Source of the DNA: Lama guanicoe
Lineage: Eukaryota
Length of the DNA stretch: 64,000 nucleotides
NCBI GenBank assembly: GCA_013239625.1
Contig: MU053652.1
Span: 372,001-436,000 of the forward strand
Direction: 5' to 3'
Shown: piece by piece, positions 1 to 12,700 of the stretch
How positions within the stretch are numbered: the stretch's first letter is position 1
How the letters are laid out: each line of letters opens with the position of its first letter
The notes under the pieces: generated by a model
Seen by the model: the letters and a program-made list of their open reading frames with translations, nothing else
What the model was told of the DNA's origin: nothing
Database searches by the model: none
Made by a program: the position numbers and the translations under genes

Positions 1-817
1 AACCATTTTATACAGTGCCTCTAAAAAAATATAACTAACAAAATGAATTTATTCTGAATGGCTACCCCTGATAGGACACAGGCTGAAAAGCAAACAAAGG
101 GTAATGATGAAACAAATCAAATTCAGAAGAGAAAGCACCCAGTGAATGCTAAGGACACTGCCTTATAACGATCTCACCTAATACTTTAATTAATGTGCAA
201 GAACATACAAAGAGTGCTGAAAAGGTCGAATGTTACGAAATGGAGAAAGGTCGGGAACAGCAACCAAGTAACAGAAATAACGTAAAGGGCGTCAGAGAAT
301 TTAGAATTATGGGCGGCAAATAATGAAGTGAGACTTATCTTAGAAAAACCCAAGTGAATTTGTCTGGAAGAAATTTTAACCTCCTATATTCAATAGTTGG
401 GAGATGAGCACTGGAAAACTTGTTCCATGAGGGTATGGGGGTAGGGTGGTAAGGGTATAGAACCAGGGCATTTTCTTACTTCCTATTAAAAAAGTACCAG
501 TTACAGGGCAAGGAGGTGATGATAATCCTGGCCTCTGTTGCACTTCATAGTTCTGTATTGCTTTCTATCATAAGCCAATTGAAATAAAATCAGAAAAGAG
601 CACCAAATGGTATTAACGGGACAGAAGGCTGGAGGAAAATAGAAGATTAAAAGAGATCCAGTCCAATTTTTGCTCAAATGTCAGCTCACCAATAAGTGAG
701 GCTTTCCCTGACCACCTTAACTAAAATGATTACTTGTCCGATCCTCAACAAGCTTTGTCCTTCTACTGAGCTTTTCTTTTCTTTTTAGCTCTCATCCCCA
801 TCAAAAATATGTATTTC

Positions 818-890
818 CAAAATATATTTTAATATATATTTTATATATTTTAAAATATATATGTGTGTATACACACACACACATATATAC
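818..890. repeat. AT-rich / (TA)n / (CA)n simple repeat
   Basis: AAAATATATTTT units followed by ATGTGTGTATACACACACACACATATATAC. Confidence 0.85.
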
Positions 891-898
891 AATTAGAG

Positions 899-1120
899 AC
901 ACAGCATAACACAGTGGTTAAGATCATGGACTCAGGAATCAGGGGCCTGCGTTCGAATCTTAATTCTGCCTCTTACTATTTGTAGGTTCTTGGGCAATTT
1001 ATCTCTCTGTGCCTTATTTTCTTCATCTAAGAAAAGGAAAAAGTAAATGGGGTTGTCACAAGGATCAAATAATGAAGAAGAGTGGTTGGAACAGAGTAAA
1101 TGTTGTATAAGGATTTATTA
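899..1120 (+). mobile_element. MIR SINE (followed by an L2 3' end to ~1272 with (GAAT)n)
   Basis: ACAGTGGTTAAGATCATGGACTC...TTGGGCAA...CTCTCTGTGCCT...TTCTTCATCT core. Confidence 0.7.
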
Positions 1121-3279
1121 GGTAAATAAACATTTGCTTCCCGGCCTAGAGTGCAGGCTCTATGTGAATGTGAGAGCACGCTGGATTCTGTACCATTCCT
1201 TGTATCCCGTGGGCTGAGAACAGAGCATCTAGTGAGTGGTCAATAAATGAAGAGGAATGAATGAATGAATGAGTAAGAGAGCCGACAATTAGTAAACTTC
1301 ACTAAGAGCACAAGGTAAAAGCAGTCAATGATTCTCTGACTCTGGGAGGGGAGGAACCAGGAATAAAAGAGTGGCTCTGAGTAAAAGGCTAAGGGGTGTT
1401 CTGATGGAATTCTGATGTGGATGTTTGGGAAAACCGGTTACAAATGCAAAAGGGGAGGAGGGCCCAGAGGGAAAAAAAAATCTGTTTTGGCTAATGAGCT
1501 GCAGTCTTCCCCAACTTTGCTTTCATTCTCTGGCAAAATTACACATGATTCTAACAATTCTCGCATTTTTTACTTAATCCGTTTGACATAATAAATTTCT
1601 CAGCCAGTCTGAACTTCAGTTTCTTAATTTATGCAATGGGGTAAATAATACAACATCATAGGGTAGGTTGGAGGGTGAAATTAAATGACATCATAGGACA
1701 CACGCTATGTAAAAATGGTAAAAAAAAAAAAGCAGCTAACTTTTACTGTACTTTGTACTGGTCATGTACATAGTATCTCCTTGGATCTTACTTCACCCAT
1801 AATTGTGTGCATTATCATATCTTCCACACTGAAATTATTTTTCATAATCCTGCTTTCCACTCAATTCAAATGAGGGTTTCTTTTCTAGTCTTTTTCTTCT
1901 AAGATTGGCCTTACGCCTTTGATCCTAATCTCCCGATACCTTTAAGATCCTGCTGGGGTTGGTTTGGTTTGGTTTGGAACTCTTGTTTCTAGCATTTACT
2001 CCTTTCACTGGTTCTTTCGTGTCTGTCTTCAAATATCCTAAATATCCTTATGTTTCTCATATTTTGAAAAAAAAACAAACCAAACCAAACCACAAATTCC
2101 AAGCCCTTCGTGCAGTCCTGTGTCTACTCTTTCCCTCATCTGGTTTTTCTTTCATTGTCTAAATTCTCAAAAAAAGAAAAAATCATTTGTATTTGATATC
2201 CTTCAAAGCCTCCATTTTGTCTGAAACTGTATTTAAAAAGGTCACCAATGACATCCCAGTGGACACACAGTGGCCCTTCCCCTCGACAGCTCCCATCCTG
2301 GACTCAACTCTTTGAGCCTAGTTGTTTAGGCTCTTCCCTCCGCTCCCTCAGTTCCTTCCTTCCCTTTATGGGCCCCTATTCCGTCTGCCCACTGCAGGCC
2401 TCCTCACCTCCCCCCACCCCAGTCAGATACTCACCCTTTTTCCTTCTCTGTCTGCTTCCCAATGTCTTATCTGTACATGAGATGCTCTCTCTCTCTCTCT
2501 CTTTCAAGAGGTGGTCTCTGAGTAGATCAAAGCTTCATTTTCACTGATTTGCAGACATTTCTACCAGATGCCCTTATCAGGTGGCCTCCCTAACTTGCCA
2601 ATTTGGCAAGTTCCATAAAGGAACTAGAGTTTGCAAAATCTCAAAATGTCAGTCTCTGCTTTGAGTCTTCACTCTTCATTTCTTTGCCTCCTTGTCACCA
2701 GGTCTTAATCAATGCAACATCTTAAAAACTCATTTCTTCTTTCCAGTCTCACATCAGGGATCTCAGCCACTTCTCACTGGGTTATTATAATCCTCTCCTA
2801 CTCAAGCCTCTCAATCACTAACTCCTCCTAGACTAAACTTCTGTGGTTATAACTGGATCAGATCACTATTCTGCGTTAAAACAACAACTTGTGACTTGTG
2901 TATTCACTAGTGTTAATAGGATAAATTTCGAACTTCTAACACTGATGTCCAAGGCCTTGGATTTGGCCCTTGTTCCATCTTTTCTGTCCACTCGATCAAC
3001 CTTGCAGTTAAGCCAAACTGAGCTACCAATGTCCCTTGAACATACTTAGTACTTTTTAGCTCTGGGTTTGTGTATCTAAAGCCTAACCTTCAAGATTGCT
3101 GAAATCCCCTATCCTCTATGAAACTATCCTGAGGGTTTCTTCCTTCTCTGTTACCTACTGCATGGGTCACTCATTTACCATGTATCATTCAGAGTAGTAT
3201 CTGTTTCTTAAAAAACCAAAACACAACAACTAAGGTTCTTTTTGAACTAGTGATACAATTTAAAAAGTTATCAGGGTTA

Positions 3280-3460
3280 TCTACTTCCTACTTGTGTGAA
3301 CTTGCGATAGTTATCTCTCTGGGCCTCAGTTTCCTCATCCATAAAATGATGCTGTTGACAGGACCTACCTCATAGTGTTGTCAGCAGGATTACATGCATT
3401 AACATCTGTAAAGTGCTTGGAACAGTGCCTGGCACATAACACATAAGCTTTTGTTGAATA
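3280..3460 (+). mobile_element. MIR SINE
   Basis: CTCTCTGGGCCTCAGTTTCCTCATCCATAAAATG...GTAAAGTGCTTGGAACAGTGCCTGGCACATA. Confidence 0.85.
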
Positions 3461-3614
3461 AGGACATCAAAAGGTACAAAAGCAAATAGGGCAAAGTCTC
3501 TTTCTCACTCCTGTCTCTTTGCCGCCGAGCCTGTGTCCTTTCCTGGAGACAATCGCTGTCACAAAGTTTCCAGGGTCTCCTTCCAAATACATTTTATACA
3601 TATACAAGCACAGC

Positions 3615-3670
3615 TGTGTGTGTGTGTGTGTGTGTTTGTGTATGTGCAAGCGTGTGTGCACACACACACA
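3615..3670. repeat. (TG)n/(CA)n microsatellite
   Basis: TGTGTGTGTG...GTGTGTGCACACACACACA. Confidence 0.9.
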
Positions 3671-6431
3671 TTTAAAGAGAAAGGGTGTTTACATGCTCTT
3701 CTGCAACTTGCTTTTTCCACTTAACAATTTATCTTGGAGATGGTTCTGTTTCAGTACATATCGACCTGCCTCTTTCTTCTTAATGGCTGCAGAGGATTCA
3801 ATTATATGGATGTACCATAATACATATTTATTATCTTCTTCCAGAATGCAGCCTTCCTGATGACAAAGACTATGTCTTATGACTCCCTGTAGCATCCTTA
3901 GTGCTTATATAGTACCTTTCAAAATTCTTTTGTTTATTTGCTCAACAAATATTTAAGCATCAATTACGCACCGGGTAGTATATAGTAAGCACTGTGGATA
4001 CAGAAAAGAGTAAAACACAGTCCTTGCTCTCTCGAGGTGCAGAGTCTGGTGTGACAGCGGCCATGTAATTACAGTAATGTGACAGCAGCTGTAATAAAGG
4101 TACAAGTAAGACTCTCTAAGATGACCAGCAGGAAGGGTTGTGTACTTCTAGGATCAGACAGGGGAGGCTTTGTGGAGGAGACATTAACAATGAGGCAAAC
4201 ATGAAGGGAAGAAAGTTCTCTTATAAGCAAGGGAGGTAGACTGTGCAAAGTAGGTGGGAAAGTAGGGAGACCATGGTATTCAGAAGGAACTACAAATGGT
4301 TTATCCCTCCTCGGAGTGGAAGGGGTGTGTGGAGGCGGGAGGAGGGACAAGAGGTTAGCAAGGTAAGCTAAGGCCATATGAAAGCAGACCTTGTGTGTCA
4401 TGGCAGACACTGGACTTCCATGGGTGGCTGGAAGAAAGGGCTGAGGGGTGAGACTATTTGAAACCTGTTAGGCTTTTGTTTTGCCTAGGTTATTAAGACA
4501 AAATAATTATCATCTATTATTACCAGGATTTAATAAAAGAAGGTATTTTAATACTTCTCAAGCAGAAAACAAATAATCTCTGAGCAAAAGTCACGTCTTC
4601 ATTTTGAACTCACAAACTCACTGCACTGTCATTATTTTTTTCCTTTTCTAAGGATGACGACGCTCTAGCTTCAGTTTACACTCTGGCATTTGGGAACCAA
4701 AGCTGTAGTTGATGGAGAGGAATCTGAAGACAGAGGATTTTAGAGAGATGTCAAACATGATGATGACTGTGTTTTAGAAAGACCTCTCCGGCTGCAGGTG
4801 GAGGACGGACAGTCTGAGAAGCAAGAGAGCCTTCGGGCTGTCGGGACTACCCAACTTTTCCCTGGTTTGCTCTTCAGGCCATATCAATCTTCTAGGTTTC
4901 CTCACAACTCCTGTTCCCAAGCTTGAAGCTGGACAAAATCAACCTCCAAGAGAGAAAGTGCCAATACCTCGACAGAAAAACATATCCAGGCCCTCACCTC
5001 TAGTACCATTTGTTCAGGTCACCAATGGCATGGAACTAGTCCAGTACCCTCCGGTGGACTGAGATAAGGCAGAGGGGAAAGGGAGGGCTGACAGTAAGAA
5101 CAGAAGAAGGCAGAAGGGCTACCTTTCACCAGAAGGTACCTTCTGTCCCTAACTCCTCCACTGGTCTGGTTGAGGGAGCCCAGTGTGACGGAAGGAGTGT
5201 CTAAGATGCTTTTAATTATAAATACAATTATAAATTAGGAGTACATCCACTACCTTGTTTGATCTCTTGACAACCATGCACCATAGACTTAATAAGCTCC
5301 GTGTGGCAGATAAACAGAGGATCTGAGAAGAAGGTCACGTTCTTCATGAGACTGACGCTAGATCCAAACCCTGGTCCTTTGGATTTTCTACTACAGTTAT
5401 AGGGGGGACTTGGGAGCACTGGTACTCGGAGCGCCATAGTACATAGCAAGAATTGGCACCAAATTCTTAGTTCAGAATTGGGATTTGAGTACCGGGAGGG
5501 TGTCTGGAGGGAAATGAGACATGGCAGGATAAAATTAACCATAGGAAAATTCATTCTTAGAGTCAGCAGAGAAAATCAGGCATTGAGGGATGAAACAGCA
5601 ATTCTTTTAAACTGACCCTTTCCATATAAAAAGACTGATAGACCGCTCATCATTGCCATTCTCCCAAGTCTGTATATTTAAAAAAAAAAGGGCCTTTTAT
5701 GGGGAAAATATATATAGCATTTGCATTCTTTTTTTTAGGGAAGAAAAAAGTATCAGATCTGAAAAACCTCTCAGAAAGGGCAACGTTATGAGAGAAAGGT
5801 CTCTGAGTGCGCTTAATACCTCTATTTAAATGCTAATGCTAACCTATAGCTCTGGACCACACAGAAACCAAAGTTTTTCAAAGACCAGAAAGTGAATTTA
5901 AAATGAAAACTTAATTTCTTGAGTAAAAGATTTTTTTTTTTTAATTTCTACAGGGCAGCTAACACACAGAATTTCATGAGAGGAATGTCCTTCTGATCAG
6001 GGTGAAAACCAGCTGGTGACACAGCCGGGGAGTTTAATGGCAGGGCAGGGGCTGCAAGTGGCAGTTTCCCCCTCAAAAGACTTGCCTTGGGAGCTCCACG
6101 TTTGCCACAAATGGTACCTGATTGGGGGGGGTGATGCCCCCTCCTCCTCATTAATGGCCCATGCTGAAGGGGTGCTGGGGTTTGGAAGGAAAGCTGGAGA
6201 CCAAGGCCTGGAGTCAGCTGGCCCAGAAATGCCAGGAGGACACAGAGTGCACACTGAGGGACTCCTGAGAGGTTCCGTGCTGCTTCACTTCCCACGGGAA
6301 CCAACAGTAATGAAGCGGTGACGGAGGCCCAGAGCGCTGGGGACCCGACTGTTCTGAAATCAGAGTTTGGTGGAGGTGGGGAGACCCCTTGCTGCATGTG
6401 GGTGTGCAGGGAAACGAGCTCAGAAAAATAA

Positions 6432-6923
6432 TGTTACTGGAGAGTAGGCTCTTGTCTCTCGCAAAAAAGAATTCAAGAACGAGCCATAGGAAAGTGAAAG
6501 CACGTTTATTTAGAGATACACATTCCATAGACGGAATGCGGTCCCTCTCAGAAGGGAGAGTGCCCCTAGGAGATGGACACTCCATAGTAAGGTCAAAGTC
6601 CATCCATTCAGGGAGATACCACTGCACAGGCAGAGTGCGGGCAGTCTCAGAAGGCAGGAGAGGCCCTGGGGTGTGGGGGCGGTTAGTTTTTCTGGGCTGG
6701 GTAATTTCCTATGCTAACAAGTGGAAGTATTGTTCCAACTGTTTGGGGAAGGGGTGAGGATTTCTAGGAACTGGGCCCCTTTTATGATCAGCCTGGGAAC
6801 TGTGGTGCCTGAGGGTGTGTTATTAGCATGCTAATATATTACAAAGAGTGTATAATGAGGCTCAAGGTCCACTGGAAGTCAAATCTTAGATGGTTGTGAC
6901 CTGCCCTTTCCCCTCCTGTCTCA
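6432..6923 (-). mobile_element. Solo ERV1-class LTR, MER41-like
   Basis: TG...CA termini with a 4-bp TSD ATAA (6428-6431 / 6924-6927). The plus-strand start TGTTACTGG...AAAGAATTCAAG...AAAGTGAAAGCACGTTTATT resembles the reverse complement of the MER41 3' end. Minus-strand AATAAA at 6505-6510. Confidence 0.8.
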
Positions 6924-6949
6924 ATAAAAGTAAGTAAAATTAGGAAATA

Positions 6950-7608
6950 CCCCCAGTGGGGATAATGATTAGGAAGGGGACACAAGGAGGCTTCTGGTGT
7001 GATTCTAATATTCTATACTTTTATCTGGGTGGGGGTTATATGAGTGTATTCAGTTTGTAAAAAGTAATCAAGCTGTATAGTTAAGATTTGTACAGTTTAC
7101 TGTATGTATAGTCTACTTCAGTAAAAATATATTACCTTCCTTTTCCCCTTTCTGCCCTCACCAACCAAAGAAGAAAAACAGAGCTATCAACAGGCCAGGT
7201 GCTGGGGTGGGTACCTGAATTTTTAATTCAGTCTCATTTCCTAACATTAAGACAACTGCTAATTTTATGAACCTTGAAAACATTATGCCAACTAAAAGAA
7301 ACTTGCCACAAGAGACCACATGTATTCCATTTATATGGTATATCCAGAACAGGTAAACAAGAAGTAGATTAGTGGTTGCCAGGGGTGGGGTTGGGGAATG
7401 AGGAGTGACTGCTAATGGGTACTGGGTTTCTTTTCAGAGTAATGAAGATGTTCTAAAATTAGCTAGTGATGACGACTGTATAATTCTATGACTATACCAA
7501 AACAAACACAGAAACAAACAAAAAAACGCCAAAACAAGTGCATTGCACACTTTAAAAGGGTTAGTGTTTACGGTATGTAAATTATACCTCAATAACGCTG
7601 TTAAAAAA
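6950..7608 (+). mobile_element. Two old L1M 3'-end fragments (~6950-7128 and ~7268-7608)
   Basis: GTAGATTAGTGGTTGCCAGGGG, ATGTTCTAAAATTAG and ATTATACCTCAATAA motifs. Confidence 0.7.
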
Positions 7609-9064
7609 TGTTAATTTTATGAGCTAGAACTGGGTCTTAGCTATACAGAAGATGTCCATCCATAGCCAATGCTGTTGTAAAGACTGATCCATTAATCAAC
7701 ACATTTGCTGCAGTTCTGTGTTCTCCTGTGATATTTGCAGAAAAGATTCTGTAAGCTGACAGACATGGAAACATTTCCACCAGCTCACATTTTCACTAAG
7801 TGCCTCTGAAATAAACTGAAGCCATTTCTCAGGGTTCCACACTTTGGGAGGTTCTGTGACTCCCCTGCATCTTTGCATTAAATGCCTCTGAACTCTCTCC
7901 ATCCCTGTACTCAGTTCTCAAGAAAAATTAGTAACAACTAGAAAAACAGGTTAGGATTGGGAGCAATTTTGTGTGTATGATTACAGAGTAACAGAAATAC
8001 AATTGAGCCAAAGATCCACTAATTATTAAGGGGAACGATTACTATTTATTTAACACTTACTATATGCCAAACGCTTTACTGGTTTACCTGATTTCATTCT
8101 CACAATCGAGCATCACAAGAACCAAATACCTAAGGTCACCAGGCTAGCTAACAGCAGCTAGATCCCTAGCCTACTGCCCGTAGATCATTCCAGAAAAACT
8201 CTTGAGTTGGACCATGAGAAAACAGTTTACATCCAGAATCAAGATTGGGGAGACAAAAATGTTCACTCATCATTAAGAGGCCCATCATGATCATTTTGTG
8301 ACAGCCCTATATGAACTGTGAAGGGCTATGCAAATACACATACCTGTCAAGAATACATTAATATTATTTTGTTAATATTACTATCAGATGGGGGAAGAAT
8401 TAGAAGCTGAGGTGCAGGTGAATGCTCAAGGTGTGGCTGTTGTGCTACCTTCTGCTAAATTAAAGTGAAAATTGGGACTTGCAATGATCTGTTCTTCCAT
8501 ACAGCTGAACTTCAGCTCTTTCTTCATGGTAATCAGTGACTCTTCAAGGTTGAGCTGGGGCTGTACTTGAGAGGAAAATGTAGGGCAAGATGGGTATAAA
8601 TTTTAAAGAAAAAATATATTGATCTTAATGGGAAAAGCCAAGATATTCAAAAAGCAGCAAACACAGCCTTGACTCCTGAACCCGTTTTCCACAAATACTG
8701 CAGAAGAAGGTGGTAGAAAGAGAGAAAGGGCTTACTCCATTTCCTTCACCCTTGCTACCTTCAGAATTAGTGTCTCGTAATTTTCAGTGCGTTTGAAAAC
8801 CTAATGAACTTCCACAGTGTTTGACACATAGTCTAGGGGAGCTCTGTCTGTCAGCAAGATGGGACCTATCTATGTTATTCTTCTGTGGCCCCAGGGCAAG
8901 GCTGCTCTCATGATCCGAGGATCAGGACAGGAAATGAGAGGAAGAAAACACAGGAGACTGAAATCAAGTCCCCCTAAAACTGAGTTCCCCTGCTGAATTT
9001 ATGATTAACCTCTTTATCCCAAACTGTATTTCCTTTCTTGTCCCACTCCTGTTCCCCTCAGGAT

Positions 9065-9741
9065 TGAGGAGTATCAAACAAAAGAGGGAACTGAAACCAA
9101 GCAGGACCTTGTGAGGCCCTCCTGGGTGCAAAAGCTCCTGATGTACAACAACGTTTCTTGTTTGTAGAAAAAGGATTTAGTCTCCTAGGCCTTTCCTGAC
9201 TTCCAAAGAGCAGGCTTGAGCAGTTATCAGTTAGGGAAGTGAGAGAATGTAGAAACAAAGGAAAAGCAGTCAAGTGACAGAAGTAATGATGGCTTAAAAA
9301 TGTAGTTAAGTGATAAAACAGAGTCTTAGTTTCCTCCTCAAGGGATATCTGTAACAATCTGACACATATCTTCGAGATGTTCTGCAGAAACAAAGACCCC
9401 CACCCAGGTAGAGGATGCTGACTACCTGCTGACCACAAGCATAGTGGACCCCATACTGGATGGAACCAGAAGGTTGCTGATTACGGTTCACAAAGCATCT
9501 TCCTATCACATTATCACCAGCCAATCAGAAGAAAGCCTATGAATTGCAATCCCCAAACGAAGCCTTTAAAAACCCCTCCCTGAAAGCCACTGGGGAGTTT
9601 GGGTCTTCTGAGCACAACCTTCCCATTCTCTTTGCTTGGCACCCTGCAGTAAATGCTGTACTTTCCTTCACCACAACCCAGTGTCATTAGATTGGCTTTG
9701 CTATGTAATAGATGAGAGGACCCAAATATGGTTCGGTAATA
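9065..9741 (+). mobile_element. Solo ERV1-class LTR (cetartiodactyl/camelid type)
   Basis: Starts TGAGGAG and ends GGTTCGGTAATA (terminal CA mutated to TA), with a 4-bp TSD GGAT (9061-9064 / 9742-9745). CCAAT at 9521, TTTAAAAA at 9565 and AGTAAA at 9648 occur in U3-R order. Confidence 0.8.
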
Positions 9742-12700
9742 GGATTATTTGAGGTTATCCACAAGTCAGAAGTAGAGTTATGATTAAGCTCGATCTGCCT
9801 CAATCCTCAAGTTGCTTATCTAGTCACTAATCCATAATCCATCACTAATCAGCCCAGTGCTACTAACCAAGGTTAACCTAACTACCCTGCTTCATATCAG
9901 CACTACTGTTACAGCTGCAGGGGAGTGTGGGAAAACACAAGGAAGAAACAAGTAAGCCTGCAGTCTAGCCTTTCTCCAGTGAGACTTTCTGGGCAGTTTC
10001 CTGCCTCTTCTCTCCAGACTTCCTTCTCAATACCTAGTCTAAATTCACAGGCACAGGAGGGAACTCACCTGCACCCCCCACCCCGAAAGAAACATCACCT
10101 AATCTGTAGCACGTCTCAACATACCTATTATAGTTCAGAATCAAAGAATGTCACAGTCTAACATCGTGCTGGGAGATGCTACACATTACTTGTGGTCCAG
10201 GAAGGAACTGTTGTGTCTGGAGGCCCCTAGATATCACAAACCATGTAGCTGGGGGTGCCCCTTCCACCCCAGGCTTCTACTTCTGTTGAGAATTTGCTTT
10301 ACTGGCAAACATTTCCAATGTTTCCAATGAGAAACATTTCAAGTGTGGTGGTGAAACAAACATTGGTTTGTGACCCAAATGTTCCTGCAAATGTTTTTTC
10401 AGATGTGGGGGTGGTGGAGAGAGTAGGGGGGTTGGCGGGCGGAGGGGGCAAATGTTTACAAACCATTTGTGCATGAAAACTGCCATGATATATTTCAGAA
10501 AGAGTTGCTTGGGGAAAAAAAAATCCCAATGCTACCAAGTGCAGCCAGGATGTCACTAAGAAAATGCCTACATGTTCTCTTCTATTCCATGTGACAGTGC
10601 AGACATGAAGTGAAATCACAGAGGCCTCTATTCCAATTCTGGTCCTGCCACTTCCTAACTAGGGATCGTGTTCCTACCACTTAATACCTCTGGAAAAATA
10701 AGTGGATTAAACTAGAATAAATGACATGTAAAAACCATCCCAACCCATGAGGGAGACTGAAGTTGGAGGGAGGGGCAGCATTATTAATATTATTTCCATT
10801 TTTCAGGAAAAGAATTTGAGGCTTGGAGAGATTAGGCCCCAGGTCACAAAGCTCATCAACAGCAAGGCTTTAAATCTGTTTCCCCTCAGTCCAAGGCTGG
10901 AACTTTTCTATCACACCACACAGGCTCTCAGTGATTTTTCTGGCTCACTGGCTTCCTGGGTGCCTCTACACTAAACAACAGTGTGTCCAGTCATAGATGG
11001 CCCACATTTGTTATTTGTTCTTTCACTTTCTTTCTTTTTTCTACCATGTATTGTGTCACTCAATCTGCACTGGAGAGAGAGAGAGAAAAAAACAACAACA
11101 AAAAAGTGCTTTTCGACAAGAGCTTTGAGCACCCTGGGAGGGCGGGAGATGCAGCTTTATTTCAGTGCATATTCAATTGAAAGTAATAGTGGCTTCATTG
11201 TAATAAAAGGCTTTATTGTGCTTTGTAATGAAGACACAAAGCACTTAGTTGAAATCACAGTCTTTTAAACTAATCTGCTTTATATTCTACAGCGGAGTTG
11301 CAGATACAAGGGAATTCAAAGTGATTTCTACAAAGCGATTTACTCAAAGTAGCTCTACTCGGGAACCTCAGTTTTGCCCTGGTACTCTCTCTTGGGTCAG
11401 GATTTCTTATCTTCTCCCTTTTCCTGCTGTGTTTATGGCGGACACTCTGATCTTTCTCAGTGTTTATCCTACTTATGAGGACTGGTAGATTTCTCCATAA
11501 AAAGCATGACATATTATATGATCTCAATCAGGGTATAAAGATCCTGTGCCACCTGCCTGGACACACACACGTGCTCACATGTGCATACCAGAATACAAGA
11601 CCGCTAGCTCAGTGGCAGGAGAGGATTTAAAGCCTTTAAATAAAGATTATAACTGTTGTTGGCCCGCACAAAGATACAGGGTAATTAAAAAGCTCTTCAA
11701 AGAATGGAGCAAGTCCATTAAATCCAGTTAAATAATTTTTCAGAAACACTGCAAGAAACACTTCTTGCTGTTTCGTTCTCTCACAATGAACTGAAGGAAG
11801 AATATCTCATTTTCCAAATGGAACTTTATGGAGTTTTCAATAAGCCCCCTCAGCACTTATCTAAATCTTTAATTAGTTCTATAATATACTGATGATATCA
11901 AGCCTAATTAAATTTATATAGATAAGGTGCAATGAAATTCTAACCAAGTGAGCTGGAAAGCATATATTAAATAGTAAATTTAATGGTTCAAGCTGATAAC
12001 TACAATTTTATATCAAAAAATTAAATTCAATTTACATGTTGTATTCAAATTGATTTTGAGTGTGCAAATTATTGGAAAAATCTCTTGAATATATCAGTAA
12101 AATTGCTCATCCAGCCTGTTTAAATATCAGTTATTAATGTCTGCATTTGCAAATAAGCCACACACATTTGCATTTTTACTGCATATGGTAAAAAATTATC
12201 TAAACTTTATGCCGTTTTATTAAGAATACTAAGTGATTTTTCTTTTGGCTTCATGCATAAATTAAGGAGGCAAAGAAATGACTATTGGGTCTAAATAAGA
12301 GAGAGTCAGCAATTCAAACATACAGCAAGGCGAAGATGATATATATTTTGCTGACTAAAGGAGTTTATGCTCCCCTTTGGGAACAGCAGTCACAATGGTA
12401 AGATTCTCCCTTATTCCGGATCATTTGGGATGGAACTGGACACTAACACCTGATGCCGTAATCACAGGGAGAGGTGGATGTATACAAATTTGGTGGTACT
12501 TCCCATTAGTTTGGGGAAGGGAAATGCCTTGTTATGTTTATCTAAGAGTAAAGGTAGACACCAGCTGATCCCATGTCACAGTTCAGCCAAGGAATATGCT
12601 TGGGAAGGAATATTAAATATTCACTTGACTAGTCCAAGAGAAGGCCCAACCATCTATCCTGTATAAACTGACGGGCAATCGTACCATCCTTGGTTTCCAC

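Noticed and set aside
5948..6757. Cluster of 85-149 aa ORFs on both strands
   Set aside because: They lie in a GC-richer patch and in LTR sequence where stops are rarer; no protein family is recognisable.
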